From an uncultured Gemmatimonadaceae bacterium (lineage in GTDB: Bacteria > Gemmatimonadota > Gemmatimonadetes > Gemmatimonadales > Gemmatimonadaceae), in assembly GCA_963829055.1 (NCBI GenBank), contig CAWHHI010000016.1, forward strand, positions 960,001 to 1,024,000: a DNA stretch of 64,000 nt, in the 5' to 3' direction. Of the stretch, positions 52,161-63,042 are shown in pieces. The notes beneath the pieces were generated by a model. The model saw only the letters and a program-made list of their open reading frames with translations, was not told the origin of the DNA and searched no databases. Positions within the stretch are counted from its first letter, which is position 1; every line of letters begins with the position of its first letter. A program made the translations under genes and the position numbers.

Positions 52161-53144
52161 ATGCCCATTCTCCGCCATCCAGCACCTGCTTTGAACCGAG
52201 TCATCACGACAGCGCTGTTGGCACTCGCGACTGTCGCGGGCGCAAGTTGCCGCGCGAAGCCAAGTGAGCGCGTCGTACCCGACCGGGTCAACGAAGCCGA
52301 GGAAGCAGCGCGCAGCGCGATCGCCAACGAGCGCGCCATCAACGTTGCCTCCCTGCCCGAGCGATCGGTGGGGGTCACACCGTTCGCGGTCAGCACGAGC
52401 GACACGACGATTGCGCCGTTGGCGTACGGGCTCGCCGACATTCTCATTACGGATCTGCAGCGAAGCGGCCAGCTCCAGCTCGTGGATCGGCTGCGTCTCG
52501 ATGCGCTCCTGCGTGAGGTGGAACTGGTGGGACCCGGGCGCGTGGACACGATGACGGCGCCTCGCGTCGGACAGCTCGTGGGGGCGCGCCGGTTGATTCT
52601 CGGTTCGCTCTCGGAGCGACCGGGTGGACAGATCGTGATCGACGCGCGCGTCGCCGATGTCACCAGCGCCGAGGTACGCACCGCCGTCTCAGCGACGGCA
52701 CCGCTTGCCGACATCCTCGCGGCCGAAAAGGAGATCGCTATTCGGCTACTTGGAGAGCTAGGGGTCAACCTGACCCCGGCGGCGCGTGCCGCCATTGAAG
52801 AGCGGCCGACGCGCAACATCGCGGCGCTGCTGGCCTACAGTCGTGCCGCCCGCTTCGAGGTCGGCGGTGACTATCCCAGCGCCGCGGCCGAATATCGCAC
52901 GGCGCTCAGGCTCGACCCCCGCTTCGCGCTCGCTGGCCAGCGACTGAGCGAGTTGCCAGGCGAGTCGTCCACTGACGCACGTTCGAGCCTCGCGCGTGCC
53001 ACGGGGATGGCTTTGGATCGGATCAATCCCGTGTTCTTCTCACCACTCGCGGGCGGGCCGCGCGCGGGTGCCGGCGGTATTGCGGACCCGTCGTTCCCAT
53101 CACAGACGGTCATCGTGCTCGTCACCATCACGACACCCCCATGA
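52161..53144 (+). CDS. CsgG/FlgO/TolB-N-like lipoprotein with TPR
   Basis: GASC lipobox; V.PF...GLAD.L.TDL...LVDR.RLDALLRE...VGQLVGA..LILG; TPR ALRLDPRF. Confidence 0.75.
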   Translation: MPILRHPAPALNRVITTALLALATVAGASCRAKPSERVVPDRVNEAEEAARSAIANERAINVASLPERSVGVTPFAVSTSDTTIAPLAYGLADILITDLQRSGQLQLVDRLRLDALLREVELVGPGRVDTMTAPRVGQLVGARRLILGSLSERPGGQIVIDARVADVTSAEVRTAVSATAPLADILAAEKEIAIRLLGELGVNLTPAARAAIEERPTRNIAALLAYSRAARFEVGGDYPSAAAEYRTALRLDPRFALAGQRLSELPGESSTDARSSLARATGMALDRINPVFFSPLAGGPRAGAGGIADPSFPSQTVIVLVTITTPP

Positions 53145-54397
53145 TCTCGCTCGCTCGGGTGACGATTCGCGGCCGCGCCGTATGTCTCGCCGCATTGGCG
53201 ACCATCGGACTCGCGCCGTGCCTAACGTCGATCGCGGCCCAGGAGCAACTGTTCCCGGCCCGCACGGCACTGATCGGACCGGTGTTCGAGCGTTGGTCGT
53301 TCGGGGCCGGCTTGCTTCAGCCCTCCGTCGACGGGGGCGGAACGGTCGAGCTGCATAGCGCATCGGCGCTGTCGCTGCCGATCGGCGCGTCGGTCGCGTT
53401 CGGCGAGCGATGGACGCTGGATCTCGCCACGTCCTACTCGAGTGGAACTGTCAAACTACGCGCGCCGGATCCGTCGTCCGGCGCCGAGGAGTACTCGCTG
53501 TCCGGTCTCACCGACCTGCGCGCGAGACTCACGACACACGTCGTCAGCGACAACGTGTTGGTGACGGTCGGCGCCAACCTGCCGACGGGGCAGACATCGC
53601 TCGATGCCGAGCAGTACGCGGCGTTGCGCGTGCTCACGTCGCCGGCTCTCGCCCTGCAGTCTCCCGCGTTAGGCACCGGCCTCGGTGCCACGGCCGGCGT
53701 CGTGCTGGCACGTCAGGTGGCATCGTGGGCATGGGCCTTCGGTGCGTCGTACGAGCTCCGCCGCAGTTACACCCCTGTCGCGTTTGCGACGGGCACCCCG
53801 GCGCCGGATGAAAATCCGGGCGACGCGGTGCACCTCACGATCGGGACCGACGGTGTCGTCGGCCGGAGCGGGATGACGGTAGCGCTGACGGCCGACCTCT
53901 TCACTGACGATCGGCTCGAGCCCAACATCGGGGGAGAATCCGGTGGCGCAGGCAGTTCACCCGCAGTGTCCACGCGCCTCGGCCCGATCTTCACTGCCGA
54001 CTGGCAGCTGCGAGTCGCTGCGCCGCGGATGCGTGAGCTGACCCTCTACGCAATCGACCGTTACCGCACGCCGTACGATCGCAATGGCGCGCAAGTCGAG
54101 GAAAGCAGCGGCAACTATCTCGATGCCGGCGTGCGAGCCGTCTTTCCGCTCTCACCCGCGACAGGCCTGTTGTCAATTCTCAACGCGCGACATCAGACTG
54201 GTCTCAAATCCGACAGTACGCTGGCGACCGCCGCCACCGCGGGCGTTGGTCTCACGGTCGGACTCGCACACGCGTTCGGCGGCGGGTATTCGCTGCAGCC
54301 CTTCGTTCGCGCCGAGTATGCGACCATCAAGAGTGTCGACGCTTCGGCCCGCTCTAACGCGTTGGCAGCCGGTATCTCGTTAGGCCGGCGCTTCTAG
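53141..54397 (+). CDS. Putative outer-membrane beta-barrel protein
   Basis: Signal peptide, alternating amphipathic strands, SGLTD.R and NLPTG motifs, C-terminal GISLGRRF. Confidence 0.6.
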   Translation: MISLARVTIRGRAVCLAALATIGLAPCLTSIAAQEQLFPARTALIGPVFERWSFGAGLLQPSVDGGGTVELHSASALSLPIGASVAFGERWTLDLATSYSSGTVKLRAPDPSSGAEEYSLSGLTDLRARLTTHVVSDNVLVTVGANLPTGQTSLDAEQYAALRVLTSPALALQSPALGTGLGATAGVVLARQVASWAWAFGASYELRRSYTPVAFATGTPAPDENPGDAVHLTIGTDGVVGRSGMTVALTADLFTDDRLEPNIGGESGGAGSSPAVSTRLGPIFTADWQLRVAAPRMRELTLYAIDRYRTPYDRNGAQVEESSGNYLDAGVRAVFPLSPATGLLSILNARHQTGLKSDSTLATAATAGVGLTVGLAHAFGGGYSLQPFVRAEYATIKSVDASARSNALAAGISLGRRF

Positions 54398-54422
54398 CGG
54401 CAGGTCACGACTCGCGGGAACG

Positions 54423-56265
54423 TCAGCGCCGATTCGCGCAGCCCAGCGCGGTGTCGGCGAGGAACCGCTCGACTCGGCCTTCGAACTCCGTTCCCCGCGA
54501 TCCCGACCGAACCTGCAGCAGGAGGCGGCACGCGTCAGCGGGGCGATCCAGGATGAGATTCGTCTCGATCGCGTAGTACGTGGCCTCGACGCTGTCCTGG
54601 CGAGCGACCAGCCGGGGTAGCAGGCGGCGAATGTCCTGCAGGATCGCGTCACCATTGCCAGCCGCTCCAACGGCATCCGGATCGGCGAGCGCGCTCTTCA
54701 CGCGATCGAGGTCGGCACGGGCGCGCCTGTTCTCTTCGAGGGCCGCGCTCGGGCGTTCGACGACGACACTTGGCTCACTCGACGTCGGTGCCGCCCGTTG
54801 GCCAGTCGTATCGGGCCTGCTGTTCGGCGTGGTGCCGCTGCTCGGTTTGATCGAGCTGTCCACAGCGGGCGCGCGCGCGACGCCCTTCCCGGTTGGCCGC
54901 GGTCGCGACGACGGGGTCGCGGCGGGTGAGGCGGAATCGTTAGGCGCCGTCGTCGATGGAGCGACCGTCATGACAGCACCATCGGGCGGGTTTCGGCGCT
55001 GCCACGCGAGGACGCCAGCGGCCGCGAGCACCACCGCACCGGCGGCAATGCCCCCTCCGACCCAGGATTTGCGCCGCGGCGGCGCAAGGTCGGCGCTCGC
55101 GACGCCGGCTGGCGGGGTGACCGGACTGCGTGAATCGGCCGCGGGCGGGACACGTGCTGGGATCGCGCCCGCAGGCACGGGCGGCACCTCGACGGGTCGC
55201 GTGGACGCCATCGAACTGGCTGCCGTGGCCACCGCCTGTGACAGTGGTCCCGGCGCGTCACCCACGACGGCGAACGACCACGACGGCGTGGGGAGACCGA
55301 ACGCACGAAGGAGCGCTGCCGCAAACTCCATCGCTGAGGGTGTGCGATCGTCCGCGTCCATGGCCAGCGCATGATCGAGCGCCGCCTGAGCAGCGGCCGG
55401 CCATGCGATGTCGGGGCTCACCTGCTCCAGCGTCAGCGGTCTGTTGGTCAGGCGCTGCAGCGCCCACTGAATGCTGGACTCATCGTTAGGCGACGCGCTC
55501 GCGAATGGCATCCGCCCCGTGAGCATCTGGAATGCGATCATCCCCAAGGCGTAGATGTCGCTCCTGACGTCGACGACGCCGCCGGTCAGCTGCTCCGGAC
55601 TCATGTAGCGTGGCGTGCCTACGACGAGCCCCGGCGTCGTCAGCAGTTGGGTCTCTCGCTTGATCGGCCTTCGCGATCCCGAAGTCGACGACCTTCACCC
55701 AATCACTGCCGTCGCGCGTCGCCTTCAGCAGGATGTTGTCCGGCTTGAGGTCGCGGTGGACCACCGGCTCCGCGAGCTCGTGCGCCGCGGTGAGCCCGGC
55801 GGCGATCTGGCGAACGATCTCGACGGCGCGAACCGGTGGCACGAGCCTGTCCCGCTCGAGGCGGCGGCCGAGCGTTTCGCCCTCGATGAACTCCATTGCG
55901 AGGAACACCAGACCGTCGGACGTCTCGCCGAAATCGTAGACGGCGGCGACGTTCGGGTGATCGCCTACGCTGGCGGCGTTCCGCGCTTCGCGATTGAACG
56001 CGGCGACGGCGTAGGGATCCGCGATGAGCGCGCGCCGAAGGACCTTGATCGCCGCCTCACGCGGTACTCGGACGTGGCGCGCCCGGTAGACGCGCCCCAT
56101 CCCGCCTTCCCCGATGATCGCTTCGACGCGATAGCGGTCCGCTATGACGGTCCCGACGAGGTTGTCCGCCTCCGCGCCGGTCGACCGCAGCGGAGCGCCG
56201 TCGGCCGCGCAGAAATAATCGTCGTCACCGTAGGTGAGCTCGCAGCTCGGACAGACCTTGGCCAT
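54423..56265 (-). CDS. Hanks-type Ser/Thr protein kinase with N-terminal Zn-ribbon, TM and extracytoplasmic tail (frameshift near 55665)
   Basis: [50 protein letters not shown]. Confidence 0.92.
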
Positions 56266-56277
56266 CCGGATCGCCGA

Positions 56278-57070
56278 CTACGAACCGCTCGACAGCTCGC
56301 GCACCTTCTGCTCGGCACGGCGACGCTGCGAGGCGAGGATCGTACTCGGAGACTTGTCCAGAAAATCCTTGTACAGCGCGACCGCCTCGGCCGGCTGTTT
56401 CTTGTCGTTCGCGTCCTCGGCTCGCGCATAGCGGATCAGGTCACGCCACCGCCCCGGCTTGGTCGCTTCCGGGTTGCACCGCCGGCCGCGCCACACCACC
56501 CGGCATGGGAGGCAGCTTGAGGCCTTTATTCAGCTTGTCTGCCAGGCTCGTGAGGATCGCCAGCAGATTGTCGGCCTTGTCGGTGACGGTCTCGACGTGC
56601 TCGATCTCCGACGTCTCGACGTTCACCGATCGCGCATCGAGACGCATCTGGCCCTTGGAGTCGATAATGAAGCCGCCGAAAATCATGTGATGCGCGCCCA
56701 CGAGCTTGCCGAGCTTCACCGCGGTCTCCTTGTCGACCCGGCCCGAGGCGCCAAGGTTCTGTTCGTCGAGCAGCTGCTGCACCCGATCGCGCTCGACGAC
56801 GCGTAGCGCCGGATTGGCGGCGAGCTCCGTGATGAGCACGTCGGCGATGCCCTTTCCGAGCGCGTCGTACTCGGCGTGATTCGTCACCGCGCCGTTGGTG
56901 AAATAGGGCATGATGGCGACTGTCGCGCGCTGGTCAGCCGGAGCCGCTTGTCCCGCGAGCCGGCGACCGGGAAGAGAGATAGACAGGCACAACAGCGAAC
57001 CCGTCGCGGTCAGGAGGGCGACGCGCCTGACGGTGGATCCTCGGAGAGCAACTGGTCTGGTGGAGAACAT
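56278..57070 (-). CDS. CsgG/HfaB/FlgO-like secreted protein with helical C-terminus (frameshift near 56480)
   Basis: Signal; VAIMPYF..GIADVLITEL...VVERDRVQQLLDEQ...AVKLGKLVGA..MIFG..DARSVNVETSEI. Confidence 0.8.
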
Positions 57071-57308
57071 GGCTCGCATACGCTTCCTGGAGTTGGGTCC
57101 GTCGCCTGGTGGGTCTTGATGAGTCTGCGCGAGCCACGATAGTAGACGTAGTACACCACCCCAGCAATACGATCGATCGCTGGAAACGCCCGCTTGCCGC
57201 CGAATGTGTCGCCGTGTTGCTCGCGGCGCGTAGCGTCCTGAAACCGGCTCGGTTAGGTTATGGGGCTCCCGACCCCACCCGCGACCACCGGTCCGCGCGC
57301 GGTCGGAA

Positions 57309-57337
57309 TTGACTATCTCGTTAGCTCCTCTTACGAT
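57309..57337 (+). promoter_or_regulatory. Putative sigma70 promoter of prs
   Basis: TTGACT-N17-TACGAT, 14 nt upstream of the ATG. Confidence 0.65.
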
Positions 57338-57351
57338 ACAAGGCTGCGGCA

Positions 57352-58308
57352 ATGGACGGCTTGTCCGTACCGAGGCACGGATTCAAGCTGCTGTCGGGCA
57401 CCGCCAACCGGGCGCTCGCGGAGGAGATCGCAGGACAGCTCGGCGTCGAACTCTGCCGGGTCACGTGCAGTCGATTCGCCGACGGCGAGATCTTCGTCCG
57501 CATCGACGAGAACGTCCGCGGCAACGACGTCTTCATCGTGCAGCCGACGAATCCACCGGCCGACAACATGATGGAGCTGTTGCTCCTGATCGACGCGGCC
57601 CGGCGTGCGTCGGCGGCGCGGATCACGTGCGTGATGCCGTACTACGGGTACTCGCGCCAGGATCGCAAGGATCAGCCGCGCGTCGCGATCGGCGCGAAGC
57701 TGCTGGCGAACATGATCGAGACCGCGGGCGCCGATCGCGTGCTCGGCGTCGATTTTCACCAGCACCAGCTGCAGGGGTTCTTCGACGTTCCGGTCGATCA
57801 CCTGTACGCGATGCCGGTGTTCACGTCGCACTATCGGAAGAAGCAGTTGAAGGACCCCGTCGTCGTCGCGCCGGACGTCGGGTCGGCGAAGATGGCGCGC
57901 GGGTTCGCGAAACGGCTCAACGCGACGCTGGCGATCATCGACAAGCGCCGACCGACGCGCGAACGTGGCCGAAGTGGTGAACGTCGTCGGTGATGTCGAA
58001 GGACGCGACTGTCTCCTCGCCGACGACATGATCGATACCGCGGGTACGGTCACCGAGGCCGCGCGCGCGCTGCAAGAAGCTGGGCGCGAAGGACATTTAC
58101 GTCTGCGCCACGCACGCGCTGCTCTCCGGCCCGGCCGTCGAGCGCTTGAGCGCGGCACCGATCAACGAGGTCGCGGTCACCGACACGATCGCGATTCCGC
58201 GAAGAACGGCGCTTCCGACGCGCTGACGTGCTGTCGGTCGGCGAGCTGCTCGCGAAGGCGATTCGGTTCACGCACAGCGAGCAGACGGTGAGCTCGCTGT
58301 TCGACTGA
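57352..58308 (+). CDS. prs: Ribose-phosphate pyrophosphokinase (several frameshifts)
   Basis: [40 protein letters not shown]; ends SSLFD*. Confidence 0.95.
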
Positions 58309-58413
58309 GCGTCGTAGGACTCGGTTCGACCTCAAGGTCGAGGACGCAGCCTCTCGAGCGCGGCGTTGCCGAACACGTTAGCACGCGACAGTTCCGCACG
58401 GTTATCCCGTACA

Positions 58414-59077
58414 ATGGCAACCGCATCAACTCTCCGCAGTCTCGCGCAGCACGAGCCGGCAAGGGCGTCGCGCGCAAGCTTCGCAGCGCCGGTCAGATTC
58501 CGGCCGTCATCTACGGCCACGCTCGCGAGCCGCAGTCGCTCGCCGTCACCGACGCGCGAGCTCGAGAAGCTGCTCGAGCGCAGTCTCCGCCGAGAGCACC
58601 GTCATCGAGCTCACGCGTCGACGGCGGACGTCGCGCGCACGCTGATCCGCGAGATCCAGCGCCACCCGTTCAAGAAGCAGATCCTGCACATCGACTTCCA
58701 GGAGCTCGTCGCCGGCGAGAAGGTCACCGTCAACATCCCGCTCGTGCTCATCGGCGTGCCGGACGGCGTCCGCGTCTCTGGCGGCATCCTCGAGCAGATG
58801 ATGCACGAGCTCACATCCGCGTCGATCCGGTCGAACATTCCGCGACCACATCGACGTCGACGTCACGCACGCTGACGATCGGACACTCGCATCCACGTCC
58901 GCGATCTGAAGGCTCCCGAGGGCGTCGAGATCCTGGACGACGCCGACGCCACGGTCTGCGTCGTGTCCGCGCCGAAGGTCGAGGCCGAGGCACGCGACGG
59001 CGGAAGCCGCGACGACCGGGGCCGAGCCGGAGCTCATTCGCAAGACGAAGGAGGAGGAAGAGGCCGAGTCGAAGTAG
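58414..59077 (+). CDS. rplY: 50S ribosomal protein L25/Ctc (several frameshifts)
   Basis: GKGVARKLR..GQIPAVIYGH, LIREIQRHP, HIDFQ, GVRVSGGILEQ, EPELI. Confidence 0.9.
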
Positions 59078-59129
59078 GTCGTGCGAGTTCCGTCGACTCG
59101 GCGCGTCGTCCTCACGCGACGACGAGCCG

Positions 59130-59727
59130 ATGAAGGTCATCCTTGGACTGGGCAATCCCGGGCAACGAATACGAGCACACGCGTCACAACGTCGGCTGGT
59201 GGGTTCGTCGACCACCTCGCCGACGTTTGGCGTTTCGACGGCTGGCGGACGGACGGCGAGACGCGCTGTCGCGAGCGGGCACGTTCGCGAATCAGGCGGT
59301 GCGGCTCGTGAAGCCGCTGACGTACATGAACCTGAGCGGGCAGGCGCTGCGTCCGTACCTGCGTCGTCCGTTCTGGTCGGCGGCGACGGATCTGATGGTC
59401 GTCGTCGACGAGGTGGCGATCCCGCTCGGTACGTATCGCTTTCGCGCCCACGGGAGCGCCGGCGGCCACAACGGCCTCAAGGAGCATCGAGCGCACGTTA
59501 GGCACGCAGGAGTACCCGCGGCTGCGCATCGGCATCGCCGCCGGACGATCCGCGCGCGTCGGCGACCTCGCGGACTTCGTGCTCGTCGCCATTCTCGAGC
59601 GACGAGAGGCCGGTCGTCCTGCGAGCTGCTGCCACGGCTCCAGGACGCGCTCGAGATCTGGCTGCGCGACGGCATCATCCAGGCGATGAACATCCACAAC
59701 GGCGACGGCAAGGCGAAGCCGGCGTAG
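59130..59727 (+). CDS. pth: Peptidyl-tRNA hydrolase (several frameshifts)
   Basis: [38 protein letters not shown]. Confidence 0.93.
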
Positions 59728-59747
59728 GCATTCATCTTTCGCACCTC

Positions 59748-60854
59748 ATGCTCAAACTCGGAATCGTCGGACTGCCGAACGTCGGCAAGTCGACGCTGTT
59801 CAACGCGCTCACGTCCGCCGAAGTGCCACGCGGCGAACTATCCGTTCGCACGATCGAGCCGAACGTCGGCCGGTCGAACGTGCCCGATCCGCGACTCGAC
59901 GAGCTCGCGCGAGATCGTGCAGCCGAAGCGCACCGTGCCGGCCGTCGTGCGAGTTCGTCGACATCGCCGGCCTCGTCAAAGGCGCGTCGCAGGGCGAAGG
60001 ACTCGGCAACCAGTTCCTCGCGAACATCCGCGAGACCGACGCGATCGTGCACGTCGTGCGCTGCTTCGACGACGACGACGTCACTGCACGTCATGGGCGC
60101 CGTCGATCCGGTGCGCGATCGCGAGGTGATCGAGTTCGAGCTCGCGCTCGCCGATCTCTCGGCCGTCGAGAAGCGTCTCGACCGCGCGAAGCGCTCGGCG
60201 AAGACCGGCGACAAGGAAGCGCTCGCCGAGCTGCCGGTGCTCGAGAAGGCGCAATGCGTTTCTCAGCGAGGGCAAGGGCCTGTGGGAGGCGAAGCTGTCG
60301 CCCGAGGAGCTCGCGACGCTCGCGCCGCTCTCGCTGCTGACCGCTCAAGCCGATCCTCTACGCGGCGAACGTCACCGATGCGGAGCTGTCCGGCGCGGAA
60401 GGCACACACGTCAAGGCGCTTCGCGCGGCGATCGCCGCGAGCGGCGAGCACGCGGAGGTCGTTCCCTTCTCCGCCAAGATCGAAGCGGAGCTGGCCGAGC
60501 TGCCGCCGGAGGATCGGGCGGAGTTTCTCGCGTCGCTCGGCCTCGAGTCGGCCGGTCTCGATCGGCTCATTCGCGCCGGCTACCACCTGCTCGGACTGCA
60601 GACGTACTTCACGGCCGGCGAGCAGGAAGTCCGCGCGTGGACGATTCATCGCGGCGACACCGCGCCGCAGGCAGCGGGCGTGATTCACACCGATTTCGAG
60701 CGCGGCTTCATTCGCGCCGAGACGGTGGGCTACGATGAGTTCGTCGCGAACGGCGGCTGGAAAGGCGCGAAGGAAAAGGGCGTCGTCCGGTCGGAAGGCA
60801 AGGAGTACGTCGTGCAGGACGGCGACGTGCATGCTGTTCCGCTTCAACGTTTAG
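59748..60854 (+). CDS. ychF: Ribosome-binding ATPase YchF (several frameshifts)
   Basis: [68 protein letters not shown]. Confidence 0.95.
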
Positions 60855-61111
60855 CGGGATGCCGAATTCGGTTACGCCGCCGGACCGCTGTGACGAACCC
60901 GGTGTCTGCGCTGCGACAACGATCTGCGTTGCCAGGATTCTTGATACCATTCGCGGCTACGTCACAAGCGCTGAAACGACGCGCTGACGAAGTCCGTCAA
61001 CGCGATCGACCAGGTCTGGGACGGCATTGAGTGTGGCCCGCTCGTGACCCGTCTCCGTCGCTGGGCGCCAACGGATGTGCGCGACGCCCACCGCTCCATG
61101 CTCAGGCAGCG

Positions 61112-61765
61112 CTACTTGTTCGGAAACTGCTTGATGATTCCCTCCGAGAACATGTCCGCCAGTTTCAGCGACTGTGCCAGGATCGTGTCGAACGTCTCGA
61201 CATCGGCGTTGTAGTCCCGCTTAAGGCGCGCGTTGGTCTCCGCTATCGTGAGGTTCATGCCCCCGACCAACACGGGCTGAATGGTTGCCATCGGCCAGTT
61301 GGTCGGATTGACCGTGCTGAGAAGCGTCGTTATCGAGTCTGCGTTCGCGCGCCACCGCTTGTCCGCTTCCGTGCGCTTTGCCGTATCCTTCGCCATCGAG
61401 GCCTCTATCATTTCCTTCATGAGGCTCGTGTGTTGCCTGAGGAGGGTAGTGACCTTCGATCCGGTTTCCGCGCCGTAGAACGGCGCAAATGCGCGGCCGA
61501 TGTCATCCTGGCTCTTTGCCAGGCGCTTCGAGGCCGCGTCGAGACTCTGGTCTACCTCGATCGTGTTGACGATGTATTCGCGCATCCAGATGGCGTTGCT
61601 CACCCAGAGTTTGCGCATCGCCACCCTCAGTTCATTGGCGTTGATGGGATCCGGACGCGCGACATCACCCTTTGACGTGGTCGGGACCTGCGCGTCTGTC
61701 CTCGAGGCGAAGGTGGCGACGGCGATCGTCAGCAGCAGCGCCGCGGCTCGTGCAGAATACGGCAT
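61112..61765 (-). CDS. Secreted helical-bundle protein of a conserved family (MRKLW...GIIKQFP)
   Basis: Strong SD (GGGAGG) before ATG 61765, signal peptide, motifs MRKLW, DIG.A..PFYG, W.ANAD.I, NP.NW, GIIKQFP. Confidence 0.75.
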   Translation of the reverse strand: MPYSARAAALLLTIAVATFASRTDAQVPTTSKGDVARPDPINANELRVAMRKLWVSNAIWMREYIVNTIEVDQSLDAASKRLAKSQDDIGRAFAPFYGAETGSKVTTLLRQHTSLMKEMIEASMAKDTAKRTEADKRWRANADSITTLLSTVNPTNWPMATIQPVLVGGMNLTIAETNARLKRDYNADVETFDTILAQSLKLADMFSEGIIKQFPNK

Positions 61766-62039
61766 ACTTCCTCCCGTTCTGGCCATTGGAGCGTGGGCAT
61801 CACGGTCCGGCGGCATCGCCACACAGGCCGGTGCAGCGTGGCCAGACCGATTCAGGGTTTCTCGTTGGTGCCCCGCAGCGGGCGAATACCGTGTACATAA
61901 TTGGCGCTTCGCTCGCGCAGCATACGTTGGACCATGGTATAACGTCACGCTGCAACCTCGGTGTTCCCGTCGCGTCGCTGTGCGTCCTGAAGGGCCGGTA
62001 CGACGTTCGCCGACTCCGCGAATACCGCAAGAGTGCGGT

Positions 62040-62256
62040 CTACCTGTGCGGCCACGGCTCGCGAAGGCGGAAACACTCGCCAGGCTGCCGAAATTGGCGC
62101 GTGGCGGCTTCCATCCCTTCCGGCGGCTCTGGGCCTCGGAGCGCCGCCATTTGCCCGCCCAAGACGTCGCCGCGGCCGGCGGCTGGCGGTCGCTCGAGGT
62201 GATGCGGCACGCATATCAGCACGCCGATGCCGCGGGTATGATGTCAGTCGTGGAAT
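62040..62256 (+). pseudogene. Tyrosine recombinase/integrase C-terminal remnant
   Basis: LAKAE..ARLPKL.RGGFHPFRR.WASERRHLP..DVAAAGGW...MRHAYQH: H-x-x-R box, W and catalytic Tyr; no recognisable N-terminal part. Confidence 0.7.
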
Positions 62257-62396
62257 CGCCGCGAACGGCGCCCGATCCCGAATCGTCGGTCGTCGAGCCG
62301 GACAAGGTAGCTCAGCGAGGGCTGGCATTGAAGTGCACTGTATGCGAGACGGCACCGAGCCAGAGACCTAACGCCGGGGAAACACGCAGCATCGGC

Positions 62397-62492
62397 ATGG
62401 AAATCGGGTCGACAGGAGTCTGCATCGCGCTGGGCATCGCGTTCATGCTTGTGGGCGTCTACTTCCTCGCAGTGGCGCCGCTGGATTACTAA
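62397..62492 (+). CDS. Putative 31-aa membrane peptide
   Basis: MEIGSTGVCIALGIAFMLVGVYFLAVAPLDY*. Confidence 0.35.
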   Translation: MEIGSTGVCIALGIAFMLVGVYFLAVAPLDY

Positions 62493-62583
62493 CGCGTTAG
62501 GCAATCGCCTCACGTTCGCTTCAACGTTTGACGGTTGGCGATACTCGGGGCAGGACACGAACCGGCTCGCGCCTCCCGCCAAC

Positions 62584-62850
62584 GTCCATGCTGGCCCGCT
62601 CGCACGTCCCAGATCGAGCTCGGTCGCCAACTGGGCGCTTGCACTGATCGGCGTCGCCGGCTTCTGGAGCACGTGGTCGTTCTGGGCAGCGACCGTTCTC
62701 GCGTTCTCGACGTTCTACTGGGGCTGCGCTCTCCTGCACTGGCGCGGCTCCTGCGTTCGGCCAACACCGCCCCGGACGCGCGGGTTCATGCTCTGGTGGG
62801 ACACCCTCTTTCCGCCCGCGTTGCTGGGGCTTCTCTGGTTGTCGCGGTGA
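62584..62850 (+). CDS. Small Trp-rich membrane protein, start uncertain
   Basis: VANWALALIGVAGFWSTWSFWAATVLAFSTFYWGCALLHW...WWDTLFPPALLGLLWLSR*. Confidence 0.35.
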   Translation, partial: VHAGPLARPRSSSVANWALALIGVAGFWSTWSFWAATVLAFSTFYWGCALLHWRGSCVRPTPPRTRGFMLWWDTLFPPALLGLLWLSR

Positions 62851-63042
62851 GGTTGGCCCCAGACGCTGGGAAGTCCGGAGATCTGCCACAATCCGCACTG
62901 CGCCTAACGGATCTCGCGCGATTCCGGGTGCTCCTCGCGCGAGAGCTCCGCGGCACCACATCGCTGCTGGTACTTGCGCGGGAGGCGCGTCCGGCACATG
63001 TGGACCGCGACACGGATCCAACCGAGTCACGAATGACGGCCA

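Noticed and set aside
48800..57351. Integrative element with att duplication at tRNA-Gln
   Set aside because: No repeat of the tRNA 3' end was found before prs and there is no integrase in the block, so it is reported only as a synteny break.
61500..62492. 330-aa ORF as an intact integrase
   Set aside because: Its 5' part is antisense to the 61112-61765 gene; only about 70 codons resemble a recombinase.
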